A stretch of 63,355 bases of DNA from Myxococcota bacterium. Its GTDB lineage: Bacteria > Myxococcota_A > UBA796 > SXON01. The stretch covers positions 1 to 63,355 of the forward strand of contig JAZKFH010000035.1 in the NCBI GenBank assembly GCA_040386535.1, in the 5' to 3' direction. The notes below the pieces were generated by a model, which was not told the DNA's origin, searched no databases, and saw only the letters and a list, made by a program, of their open reading frames with translations. The translations under genes and the position numbers were made by a program. Positions 47,720 to 56,493 of the stretch are shown piece by piece. Positions within the stretch are counted from its first letter, which is position 1. Every line of letters begins with the position of its first letter.

Positions 47720-47872
47720 GCTGCTGAGCACGGGGCGGGGCGGGGCGGACGGTGGAGGCGGGAGGCGGAGACGGAGCCGGACGGCGGAGCCGTGGAGGCG
47801 GAGGCGGGGGCGAGGCCGGAGGCGAAGGGGCGGACGCGGAGGCGGAGGCGGAAGACGGAGCCGGAGCCGGAG

Positions 47873-47895
47873 CCGGAGAATCAGGAAGGCAGGAA
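47873..47895 (+). repeat. Exact 23-bp repeat CCGGAGAATCAGGAAGGCAGGAA (also at 49714-49736 and 50048-50070)
   Basis: Three identical copies, each followed by a purine-rich tract. Confidence 0.85.
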
Positions 47896-48283
47896 TAGAG
47901 GAAGGCAGGAATAGGAAGAGCGGAGGCGGAGAGGACGAAACGATTGGCCTTCGGCGCCACGAGTGGAAACCGGCTTGGGAGGCGGTTGAGTGTTGAGCGC
48001 GTCCCGGCTGACGTGCCCGCGCTGGGATCGTCGGTGCCAGAGTCGGCGCGCCTCATCGTGGAAGCGGTCCAGCGCGTCGTAGTTCCTGGTCAGTCCTTGT
48101 CGTCGTCACTCGCGTGTGCTCGGCCGCGCGCGTCGAAGCGGAACGCATGTGTGCCGACCGCGGCGGATGGCGACGGCGGAGCCGGGGCGCCCCGCGAATC
48201 GCACGCCTTCCTGGTGTCCGGCGATGCAGGCGCTCCCTCCGGCGTCCGCCTCTCACCCGGGAGTGGCGGTAACCCGGAGTGGC

Positions 48284-48501
48284 GGCCACTTGGCGGCCAA
48301 GGTCGGGGGCCCTTTGGGGAAAGGGGGTGCGTGGATGGCCACTTGGCGGCCAAGGTCGGGGGACCTTTGGGGAAAGGGGGTGCGTGGATGGCCACCGGGC
48401 GGCCAAGGTCGGGGGACCTTTGGGGAAAGGGGGTGCGTGGATGGCCACGTGGCGGCCAAGGTCGAGGAACCTTTCGGGAAAGGGGGTGCCGGGATGGCCA
48501 C
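48284..48501. repeat. Tandem 53-bp array, family F (4 units), immediately 3' of the HUH transposase gene
   Basis: GGCCAC at 48284, 48337, 48390, 48443, 48496; unit GGCCACTTGGCGGCCAAGGTCGGGGGACCTTTGGGGAAAGGGGGTGCGTGGAT. Confidence 0.92.
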
Positions 48502-48529
48502 GGCTGTTGTCACGCGGCGGGTCGGCGCG

Positions 48530-49315
48530 TCAACGTCGGTCGCCGGGCGGGAGATCGATCCGGGCGCGGTCGCCGAGCGCCGCCCGGTGCCCCATCCGCA
48601 GCGCGATGATGTTCTCGAGCGCGGGATCGGCCTCGGCGGCGCGGTACCGCCGCAAGGAGCGCTCGGAGAGGGCGAGCGCGTCGGCCACGGCGGCGAGCGG
48701 GGTGGTGGGGAGCGCCAGGCGGATCGCTGCGTGTCGGGCGCGTCGGGCGGGCGTCGAGTCGTCGAGCTTCGCGAGCCCGACGGCGCCCGCGGCGGCGTCC
48801 GCGAGCAGGTCGAGGTGCATGGCGGGCACGAGCTCGCCGACGCCCAGCATCGCGAGCAGCTGGCCGCGGTGGGCACGAGGGACCAGGGCGCGCACACGCG
48901 GGATGAACCCCGGCGGCGCCAGACGCAGGCCCAGCAGCGCCTGAATGCTTGACGCCTCGTGCGTCGGGTCGTTGGCGACGCCGTGCTTCTCCGCGTTGCG
49001 GTGTACGTAGCGGAAGACCTCCTCCAGGTGGAATTGGTCCGCCATCGGCTTGACGAACGTCGGCGCGAAGCCCCCGGAGATCGAGAGCGCCTGCGTCAAC
49101 GCCGAGGACACACACTGCGCGAAGTGCCCCGCCTCCGCCCGATCGCAGAGATTCGCGGTGTGCAGGTGGTCGCCGGAGGCGCGGAACGCGTAGAGGCCGT
49201 ACCGCTCGCCGATGCGATGCGTCGTGACCGCGAGTATGCGCTGCGCGGCCGTGTCGGGCGCGAGCACGCGCGAGTCCCGGGCGCGGAAGACGAGGTGAAA
49301 GCCGCGGGGTAGCAT
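48530..49315 (-). CDS. HUH/Y1 tyrosine transposase, RAYT (TnpA-REP)-like, with C-terminal HTH
   Basis: N-terminal FHLVFR, HUH motif DHLH, catalytic-Tyr helix RYVHRNAEKHG, C-terminal LAAVADALALSERSLRRY. Confidence 0.8.
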   Translation of the reverse strand: MLPRGFHLVFRARDSRVLAPDTAAQRILAVTTHRIGERYGLYAFRASGDHLHTANLCDRAEAGHFAQCVSSALTQALSISGGFAPTFVKPMADQFHLEEVFRYVHRNAEKHGVANDPTHEASSIQALLGLRLAPPGFIPRVRALVPRAHRGQLLAMLGVGELVPAMHLDLLADAAAGAVGLAKLDDSTPARRARHAAIRLALPTTPLAAVADALALSERSLRRYRAAEADPALENIIALRMGHRAALGDRARIDLPPGDRR

Positions 49316-49492
49316 GGCGCGCCAACGATGCACACGCGCCCGCTCGTCGGGAAGGGGGTGTGCTCGACAAGGGGGATTGTCCCGCCGGTGGAGAAACGCG
49401 TCGTCAGCTGGCGCTTGCTCGTACACCATGTGTTGGGACGCTATCAGATCCGACGGCGTTTGCCGCCACTTCGGGTGATTTGCGCCGCGGAA

Positions 49493-50013
49493 GCGACCAC
49501 GGCTCGCGGCGTCCTCGACATCTTCCCGGGTCGTGGCTGATCTCGGTGACATCGGCGGGGCAAAGCGGTCACAGCTCGCGACGTCCTCGACATCCCCCCG
49601 AGTTGTGACCGCCGGCGGGGGCGGATGCATGGCAGGTGCGGCCACGAGTTGCGACGTCGTCGCCCTCCCCCCCCCCTGAGTTGTACCGTCCGGTGTCGGC
49701 ACCAGCCCGGAGCCCGGAGAATCAGGAAGGCAGGAAGCGAGGAGGGCAGGAATTGGGAACCGGGAGACGCGGCCACAACTCGCGACGTCCTCGACATCCC
49801 CCCGAGTTATGACCGCTCGCGGCGGCGAAATCGGCCACATCTCGCGACGTCCTCGACATCCTCCCGAGTTGTGACCGCTTGGGAGGACATCGGCGGGTCG
49901 GAGGCGGCCACAACTCGCGACGTCCTCGACATCCCCCCGAGTTGTGACCGCTCGCGGCGGCGAAAGCGGCCACAACTCGCGACGTCCTCGACATCCTCCC
50001 GAGTTGTGACCGT
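49493..50013. repeat. Array of seven ~48-bp hairpin repeats, family G, with short linkers, 5' of the HUH gene
   Basis: Units at 49493, 49565, 49638, 49769, 49832, 49904, 49966: GCGGCCACAACTCG-CGACGTCCTCGACATCCCCC-CGAGTTGTGACCGC. Confidence 0.92.
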
Positions 50014-50310
50014 CTCCGGCGCCGGGGTGTCGACACCGGCCCCGAGTCCGGAGAATCAGGAAGGCAGGAAGTAAGGAAGGCAGGAAGTGGGGAAGCAGGC
50101 GACGCGGTAACGAGTCGCACCCCCGCGCCAGGCGGCCGGCGGGCGCCCGCTCGGCGGGCGGTCCCGGCGGGATGGCGCCGCGGCAGCGGCGACGCCCCGC
50201 CGGACCAAGCGGCTTCGCCGCGCGCCCAGAGGACACCGCCCCGCCCCGTCCGCGGGGCGGGGGGCGCCCAAGCCACGGCCCCCAAGCCACGCCCACAACC
50301 CCCACCAAAC

Positions 50311-51114
50311 CTACCGTACCAACCCCAACCCCCCCAACACGTCCCGCGCGCTCCCGGCCGCGGCCAGCTGTGCGAGGATGTCGGCGTCCGCGAGGCGTGC
50401 GGCGCGGGCGAGGACGGCCAGCGCGGGGGCGCCGGTGCCGAGGCCGACGAGGACCAGGACGGCGCGGATCGGGAGGTCGTCGGGGAGGGGCGAGCCGCCG
50501 TAGGAGGTGGGGCACGGGGTGTCGAGGAGCACGAGGCACGCGGCGGGCGCGGGGGCGAAGCCGGGCGCGTGGGGCAGGAGGAGGCCGGCGCCGACGGCGG
50601 AGGGGCAGGCGCGCTCGCGGGTGTGGAGCGCGGCCGCGAGCGAGGCGACGTCGGCGCCGCCGTCACCCCCCGGGGCGAGGCGCATGGCGGCAAGATCGAT
50701 GGCGTCCTCCACGCGGCCCACGCGCACGCCGAGGAGGACGCGGTCGGCGGTGAGCAGGTCGGCGATGCTGGCGGCGGGCGCCGCGGTCTCCGGGAACTCG
50801 CGGGCGATGAAGTCGAGCACGCGCGCGATCTGGGCGGGGCCGAGCTTGCGGCGTGCCACCTCGGCCAGGAGCGCGCGGCCGGCGAGCGAGGGGGTCTGGG
50901 CGACGCGGGCGCTGCCGGTCAGGTCGAGGAGGCAGTCGACGGGCAGGCCGAGCACGTTCGCGATCGAACGGATGCGGTCGGCCGTGGGCGGGGCGTCGTG
51001 GCCGTTCTCGACGCGCGAGAGGTACGCGGTGGAGACGCCGATGGACTGGCCGAGCCCCTTGAGCGACAGGCCCGCCGAGACGCGGAGGAGGCGGAGGGAG
51101 GCGCCGAACGGCAT
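50311..51114 (-). CDS. XRE-family HTH fused to PTS EIIA(Ntr/Fru)-like domain
   Basis: LRVSAGLSLKGLGQSIGVSTAYLSRVENG; RERACPSAVGAGLLLPHA with phospho-His; TGATG overlap. Confidence 0.85.
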   Translation of the reverse strand: MPFGASLRLLRVSAGLSLKGLGQSIGVSTAYLSRVENGHDAPPTADRIRSIANVLGLPVDCLLDLTGSARVAQTPSLAGRALLAEVARRKLGPAQIARVLDFIAREFPETAAPAASIADLLTADRVLLGVRVGRVEDAIDLAAMRLAPGGDGGADVASLAAALHTRERACPSAVGAGLLLPHAPGFAPAPAACLVLLDTPCPTSYGGSPLPDDLPIRAVLVLVGLGTGAPALAVLARAARLADADILAQLAAAGSARDVLGGLGLVR

Positions 51115-53024
51115 CAGGCCACGGCCCGAGGGGCGTGTACGAGGAGCCAGGAGGGGCCGGCGCCCTCGACGCCCACGTCGGGGAGGGCGCCGCCCTCGGC
51201 GAACGGGGCCACCACCAGATCGACGCCGCCAGGCAGCGCGCCCGCCGCGAGCCGCACGACGGCGACCTGTCCCTCTGCCACGAGCCGCGCCACGAAGCGC
51301 TCGGCCGCGTCCGCGTGCGGACCGGCGCCCCCGACGAGGCCCACGCGCCGGACGGGCCCGAGGCCGCGGTCGACGAGCACGCCGACGTCCGCCGGCGAGC
51401 CGCGGAGGATGGCGCCGGTGGCCCCGCCGAGCGTCTCGCCGAGCAGCGCCGAGCGGTGTACGCCGATGAGCACCAACGGGACGCGCTTGAGACGCGCCAT
51501 CCGCACGATGTCGTCGCCGGGGGTGGCGGACGGGAAGGAGAGCGGGTCGACCGCGAGGCCGACGGAGGTGGCGGTGGCGGCGACGGCGTGGAGGGGGTCC
51601 TCGTCGCGATCGGGCCCGTGCATGGACTCGGAGAGCCGCGCGATCGGGGAGAGGTAGAGCGCCCAGACGGTGCCCTTGGAGCGGCGGGTCCAGGCGTCGG
51701 CGAGGTGCACCAGCGCGGGGGCGATGCCGGGGTCGGACACGCAGAGGAGCGCGGCGGGGGCGGGCTCGGTGGGGGTGGGCGTGTCGCGCGCGGTGTGGGC
51801 CTCGTCGTCCGCCATCTTGGCCGCGGGGAAGATGCGCTCGAGCAGCGGCGAGGTCATCCACGTGGTGACGAGCGCCATGATCACCATCATCGCGAAGAGC
51901 TCCTTCGAGATGACGCCCAGATCGAGCCCGATGTTGAGCACGACCAGCTCCATCAGGCCGCGCGTGTTCATCAGGACGCCGATGGCCGCGGAGGTGCGCA
52001 GGTCGAGCCCGGTGAGGCGCGCGGCGGCCGCGGTGCCGCCGAACTTGCCGAGGCACGCCACGAGGACGATGACGAGCGTCGTGACCCACGCCGAGGCGTC
52101 GTCCAGCAGGCCGATCTGCGTGCGGAGCCCGCTGTAGGCGAAGAACAGCGGCAGGAGCACGATGGTGACGAAGTCCTCGATCTTCTCGACCAGGACGGTG
52201 TGCAGACCGCGGTCGCGCGGGATGATGGCGCCGAGGAGGAAGGCGCCGAAGAGCGCGTGGATGCCGATCCACTCGGTCGCCGCGGCGGAGGCGAGCAGCA
52301 CGAGGAAGACGAACGCGATCGTATCGCTGGAGACGGCGTGGCCGACGCGCGGGCCGATGCGGGCGAGCATGGGGCGGACGAGCTTCCACATCACCAGGAC
52401 GTAGGCGATGGCGAGGCCCGTGGTGACCAGCGCCGGGCCGACACCCGAGGCCCCGGCCACCGCCACCACGAAGGCGAGCATGCACCAGGCGGTCACGTCG
52501 TCGACGGCGGCGCTCGCGAGGGCCAGCGCGCCGACGCGGGTGCGGATCAGCCGCTTCTCCGCGAGGATGCGGGCGAGGACGGGGAAGGCGGTGACGCTCA
52601 TCGCGGCGCCCATGAAGAGCCCGAACGCCAGCTTCGACACCCCCTCGGGCGCGAGCGTGGCGTAGAGCGGGATCGACGTGAGGCCGCCGAACACGAAGGG
52701 AACGATGATGCCCGCGTTGCTGATCGCCACCGACGATCGGCCCTGCCCTTGGAGGAGCTTCGGGTCGAACTCGAGCCCGACCAGGAACATGAAGAACACG
52801 AGGCCGAGCTGGGCGGTCGTCCCGAGCACCGGCAGGCTCGCGGCGGGGAACAGGGCGTCGAGCGCCCCGGGCCAGACGATGCCGAGCAGGGAGGGGCCGA
52901 GGAGGATGCCCGCGAGGATCTCGGCGATCACCGTGGGTTGTCCCAGCCTCCGCATGACGCGGCCGAGGAGGCGCCCGGCGAGCAGGATGGCGCCGATCTG
53001 GGCGAGGAGCTGGATGACGTGCAG
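51114..53024 (-). CDS. Cation:proton antiporter (CPA2, CHX/KefB-like) with C-terminal USP-like region
   Basis: GQPTVIAEILAGILLGPS, SVTAFPVLARIL, VDD, LMNTRGLMEL; first TM helix lies upstream of ATG 52955, probable CTG start at 53024. Confidence 0.9.
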   Translation of the reverse strand: MHVIQLLAQIGAILLAGRLLGRVMRRLGQPTVIAEILAGILLGPSLLGIVWPGALDALFPAASLPVLGTTAQLGLVFFMFLVGLEFDPKLLQGQGRSSVAISNAGIIVPFVFGGLTSIPLYATLAPEGVSKLAFGLFMGAAMSVTAFPVLARILAEKRLIRTRVGALALASAAVDDVTAWCMLAFVVAVAGASGVGPALVTTGLAIAYVLVMWKLVRPMLARIGPRVGHAVSSDTIAFVFLVLLASAAATEWIGIHALFGAFLLGAIIPRDRGLHTVLVEKIEDFVTIVLLPLFFAYSGLRTQIGLLDDASAWVTTLVIVLVACLGKFGGTAAAARLTGLDLRTSAAIGVLMNTRGLMELVVLNIGLDLGVISKELFAMMVIMALVTTWMTSPLLERIFPAAKMADDEAHTARDTPTPTEPAPAALLCVSDPGIAPALVHLADAWTRRSKGTVWALYLSPIARLSESMHGPDRDEDPLHAVAATATSVGLAVDPLSFPSATPGDDIVRMARLKRVPLVLIGVHRSALLGETLGGATGAILRGSPADVGVLVDRGLGPVRRVGLVGGAGPHADAAERFVARLVAEGQVAVVRLAAGALPGGVDLVVAPFAEGGALPDVGVEGAGPSWLLVHAPRAVA

Positions 53025-53047
53025 GAGGCACCCGGTGCGAGGCCGCC

Positions 53048-53070
53048 CCGTTAAGTGAAACGCTTAACGG
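53048..53070. promoter_or_regulatory. AT-rich palindrome upstream of the antiporter operon (candidate operator or hairpin)
   Basis: CCGTTAAG-TGAAACG-CTTAACGG. Confidence 0.5.
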
Positions 53071-53089
53071 CGGCCACCCGGCACGCGGC

Positions 53090-53950
53090 TCACGCGGCCG
53101 CGCGATCCCCGTCGCGGGCCGTTCGGCCGAGCAGCCGATCGATCGCCCGGTGCACCGCGTCGGGATCGAAGAACGTCAGGTACAGCGCTGCCATGGTCGC
53201 GGAGAAGGTCGCCACCGGCAGCGCGACGAAGAGGACGCCGTGGAACAGGAGCCCGACCAGCACGAGCGGGCCGCGGAACCGCGGGATCCAGAGGCCCACG
53301 CCGAGCGCGAGCTCGATGACGACGGTGGCGACGGCGAGGGCGCAGAAGATCGCGGCGGCGCCGGGCAATGTGAGCGGGTCGGCCGTGCCGTAGCGCTCCA
53401 GGAACAGGTGCTCGAGCCGCACCCCCGAGAGGAAGGGCCAGGTGAGCTTGTCGTAGACGGCCGCGAGGTACACCACCGAGGTCTGCATCGCGAGCAGCCG
53501 CAGGCCCCAGAGCGGCCCGTCTTCGGGCGGACAGGCGCCGCCGCGGCCCTCGGCCCGGAGGAGCCACCACCACCGGTCGACGGAGAACGAGCGCTCGCAC
53601 GGCGTGAACACGAGCAGCACGCTCGTGCAGACGAGCAGCCAGCGGTGATGGTGGGTGTAGGCCTCGAGGCCCTGCGCCACGCCGAGGTGGAAGAACACGA
53701 CGAGCATCGTGAGCGCGGTCCACACGACGGCCACGCGGGTCCACAAGCCGACGAGCAGGAGGGTGGTGGACAGGAAGAACGACAGGCCGATGGCGAGGTC
53801 AGCGGGCGTCTCGAGGCCGAAGAGCAGGAAGTCCCGCGCCCAGCGGTCCCACAGCAGCAGCGGCAGCGCGATGCGCAGGAGCGCGGCGGGCCGGGTCGAG
53901 CCCTCGTCCCACACCAACCAGCGCCAGAGGCGGCCCATCGCGTTCGTCAT
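53090..53950 (-). CDS. Second HTTM-domain membrane protein
   Basis: SFSVDRW, QTSVVYLAAVYDKL, IEL, LFH, FS motifs; ATGA overlap. Confidence 0.85.
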   Translation of the reverse strand: MTNAMGRLWRWLVWDEGSTRPAALLRIALPLLLWDRWARDFLLFGLETPADLAIGLSFFLSTTLLLVGLWTRVAVVWTALTMLVVFFHLGVAQGLEAYTHHHRWLLVCTSVLLVFTPCERSFSVDRWWWLLRAEGRGGACPPEDGPLWGLRLLAMQTSVVYLAAVYDKLTWPFLSGVRLEHLFLERYGTADPLTLPGAAAIFCALAVATVVIELALGVGLWIPRFRGPLVLVGLLFHGVLFVALPVATFSATMAALYLTFFDPDAVHRAIDRLLGRTARDGDRAAA

Positions 53951-54432
53951 CGCGCACGCTCCGAGGTGGCGCGCGGCTTCGGGCACTCGTTCGTGGTGCC
54001 GTCGAGGACCGTGGTCCAGCCCTTCCGTGTCGAGCGCCGCAGCTCCACGCGCACGTCCACGTCGGCGCCCAGGCTCGTGCAGAGCGTGCGCGCGACACGA
54101 TGTGCCGCATCCTCGTTCTTCAGGCGGCGCTCGACGCGGCGTGGCAGGGGCTCGCCTGGCGCCAGGATCGCGTAGCGGTCGAGTTGCTCGCGGGTGCCGT
54201 CCGCGTGCACGGCCACGAACCGGGCCTGCAGGACGCCGAGCCCCTGGCCGCTGAACATCTGCCAGCCGCGCAGGGCCGGGCTCCAGCGGTGCAACACCTG
54301 CTCGTAGATGGGGCCGCCCCAGATGAACAGGGCGCAGAGCGAGAAGACGACGACCCGCGCGGTTCTCCGCAGGCGCGCGGCGGGCGGGATCGCGGGTCGG
54401 AGGGCGGGCGCTGGAGCGGGGGGCGGCGTCAC
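53947..54432 (-). CDS. HTTM-partner membrane-anchored protein
   Basis: N-terminal TM, RGWQMFSG motif, coupled to the HTTM gene. Confidence 0.7.
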   Translation of the reverse strand: MTPPPAPAPALRPAIPPAARLRRTARVVVFSLCALFIWGGPIYEQVLHRWSPALRGWQMFSGQGLGVLQARFVAVHADGTREQLDRYAILAPGEPLPRRVERRLKNEDAAHRVARTLCTSLGADVDVRVELRRSTRKGWTTVLDGTTNECPKPRATSERAR

Positions 54433-54565
54433 GAATCCCGGCTATCCCCCCGGACCGCCATTTTTTGGCGCTGGCGAGATCGTCTTTCGGCTCAGCCGCG
54501 CTCCCGGTTCTCTCCAGATGCACGCCACGCCGGCTCTTCACCCCCGGCGCCTCCCGGAGACCCTC

Positions 54566-55519
54566 ATGCGCTCGATCCTCGCCCTCTCGCTCCTGTCCGC
54601 CTGCGGCTCGTTCGACACCGGCAGCGCCTACCACGAGGATCTGCTGCCCCAGGAGGACCGCGTGCGCATCAACCTCCCGATGGACGGCGCCTCGGCCAAG
54701 GACGGCGAGACCGGCGAGTGGGCCCGCTACTACGTCGTGACGCGCAACGTCACCGAGCACGTGAACGGCCTCATCGGCGGTGTGCTCGGCATCGTCGGCT
54801 ACGTCACGACGCTCGAGCCGCAGTGGTCCGACACCGACAGTCGCCAGGCCGTGTGGGGGCCCTACAGCGACTCCGGCCTCGACCCGGTCGAGACGGGCCT
54901 CTGGGTGACCGAGGAGGACGACGGCTCCTACACCTGGGCCCTGTTCCAGCTCCCCAAGGGCGGGAACATCGAGACCGACGCGACGATCATCGTCACGGGC
55001 ATCGTGGACGCCGGCTCCACGCCGGACGACGCCTCGGGCGTGTTCCAGGTCGACTTCACCGCCGCCAACGCGCTCGACCCCGCCGCGGCCCTCGTCGGCA
55101 CCTTCACGGTCGAGTACACGTACGACGCCTCGGGCGGCAACGCGGTCGCCGGGTTCGAGGACTACGGCGCGGAGAACGGCGAGCGGATCGACGCGTTGTA
55201 CGCCTACTCCCAGGACGCTGCGGGCGCCGGCACGATGGATCTGGCCTGGTACGACGACGTGAACGCGACCGGTGTCGACGAGATCCTCGCCATGCGCACG
55301 CGTTGGGAGAGCACCGGCGACGGGCGCTCCGACGCCGTGGTGACGGGGGGCGATCTCGGCGCGGACGCGGTGTATGCGTCCGAGTGCTGGGGTGGCGATT
55401 TTGTAACCGCGTACTGGTCCGATACGATCGGCCTGTACGAAACCGTTGGGGACGTCGGCGCGTGTGCCTATGCAGGGTCCGAGCTTCCCACCGAAGCCTC
55501 CTTCGGGATTGCCGAGTAG
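54566..55519 (+). CDS. Hypothetical lipoprotein
   Basis: MRSILALSLLSAC; GGAG RBS. Confidence 0.8.
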   Translation: MRSILALSLLSACGSFDTGSAYHEDLLPQEDRVRINLPMDGASAKDGETGEWARYYVVTRNVTEHVNGLIGGVLGIVGYVTTLEPQWSDTDSRQAVWGPYSDSGLDPVETGLWVTEEDDGSYTWALFQLPKGGNIETDATIIVTGIVDAGSTPDDASGVFQVDFTAANALDPAAALVGTFTVEYTYDASGGNAVAGFEDYGAENGERIDALYAYSQDAAGAGTMDLAWYDDVNATGVDEILAMRTRWESTGDGRSDAVVTGGDLGADAVYASECWGGDFVTAYWSDTIGLYETVGDVGACAYAGSELPTEASFGIAE

Positions 55520-55557
55520 ACTGACTACAGCCCCGCTCCCGCCGGAGGGTTTCCCCG

Positions 55558-56493
55558 ATGCGCCCGACCCCGATCTTCCTCGCCTTCCTCGCCGCTGGTT
55601 GCGAGCCGGTCGAGCCGGACGTGTCCCCCGTGGAGGGGGAGGAGCCCGCGCCCTACATCTTCGAGGAGGAGGCGCCGCCGGTGGCCGACCTCGAAGCCGG
55701 GGACCTGGAGGCCGCGATCGAGAGCGCGATCGCGCTGTCGCTCACGCTCAACGCGGCGCCGATCTTCCCGGCCTACGACGCGGCGATGGTCGGGGCGGAG
55801 GAGACCTGCCCGGCGTACTACGACTACCAGGGCAGCCAGTATTGGTACGACACGTGTACGGCCACGACCGGCGCCCGGTACAGCGGGTACAGCTTCTACC
55901 AACTGTACGACGACTACGACGCGGGAGATGGCAGCGTGTACGACGGGCAGACCGTCTACGGCGTCGCCGAGATCGTGACGCCCGACGGCTACACCTACGA
56001 GGCCGGCGGCTCCGCGCAGAACCTCGTCGCCACCGGGCCCGGGTACACGTACTTCTCCTCGGCCATCGCGGGGAGCTTCGCGTGGGACGGCCCCGAGGCC
56101 GCCGGCACGTGGCTGGAGACGGGCGTGTCCCCCGACATCACGCTGCTCGGCTACCTGATCCCCGAGTCGGGCAACTACATGATGCTCGACGGCGGCCTGT
56201 CCGGGCTGGGGGGTGAGCTCGACACCGTGGTCTTCGACGCGGTGGTGCTCTTCGACTTCGCCGGCCCCTCCGGCTCGCCGTGCCCCACCGAGCCCGGCGG
56301 CGTGGTGTCCGTGCGGGATGGCGTCGGCAACTGGTACGACGTGGTGTTCGACGGCCCGTCCGAGTACGGCCTCGAGATGTCCGACCCCGCCTTGTGCGAC
56401 GGTTGCGGCTCCGCATGGTTCCGCGGCGAGCCCATCGGCGAGGTGTGCGCCGACTTCACCGCGTTGCTGGATTGGGAGGTGTCGCCGTGGTGA
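55558..56493 (+). CDS. Hypothetical lipoprotein
   Basis: MRPTPIFLAFLAAGC; GGAGG RBS. Confidence 0.8.
   Translation: MRPTPIFLAFLAAGCEPVEPDVSPVEGEEPAPYIFEEEAPPVADLEAGDLEAAIESAIALSLTLNAAPIFPAYDAAMVGAEETCPAYYDYQGSQYWYDTCTATTGARYSGYSFYQLYDDYDAGDGSVYDGQTVYGVAEIVTPDGYTYEAGGSAQNLVATGPGYTYFSSAIAGSFAWDGPEAAGTWLETGVSPDITLLGYLIPESGNYMMLDGGLSGLGGELDTVVFDAVVLFDFAGPSGSPCPTEPGGVVSVRDGVGNWYDVVFDGPSEYGLEMSDPALCDGCGSAWFRGEPIGEVCADFTALLDWEVSPW

Noticed and set aside
49493..50013. CRISPR array
   Set aside because: Repeats are ~48 bp and degenerate, linkers are 14-80 bp and recur (linker 4 matches 6, linker 1 resembles 5), and there are no cas genes in the window
49316..50539. N-terminal 408 aa of the 669-aa ORF as part of the HUH protein
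   Set aside because: It only translates the family G array; the Y1 domain begins at MLPRGFHLVFR
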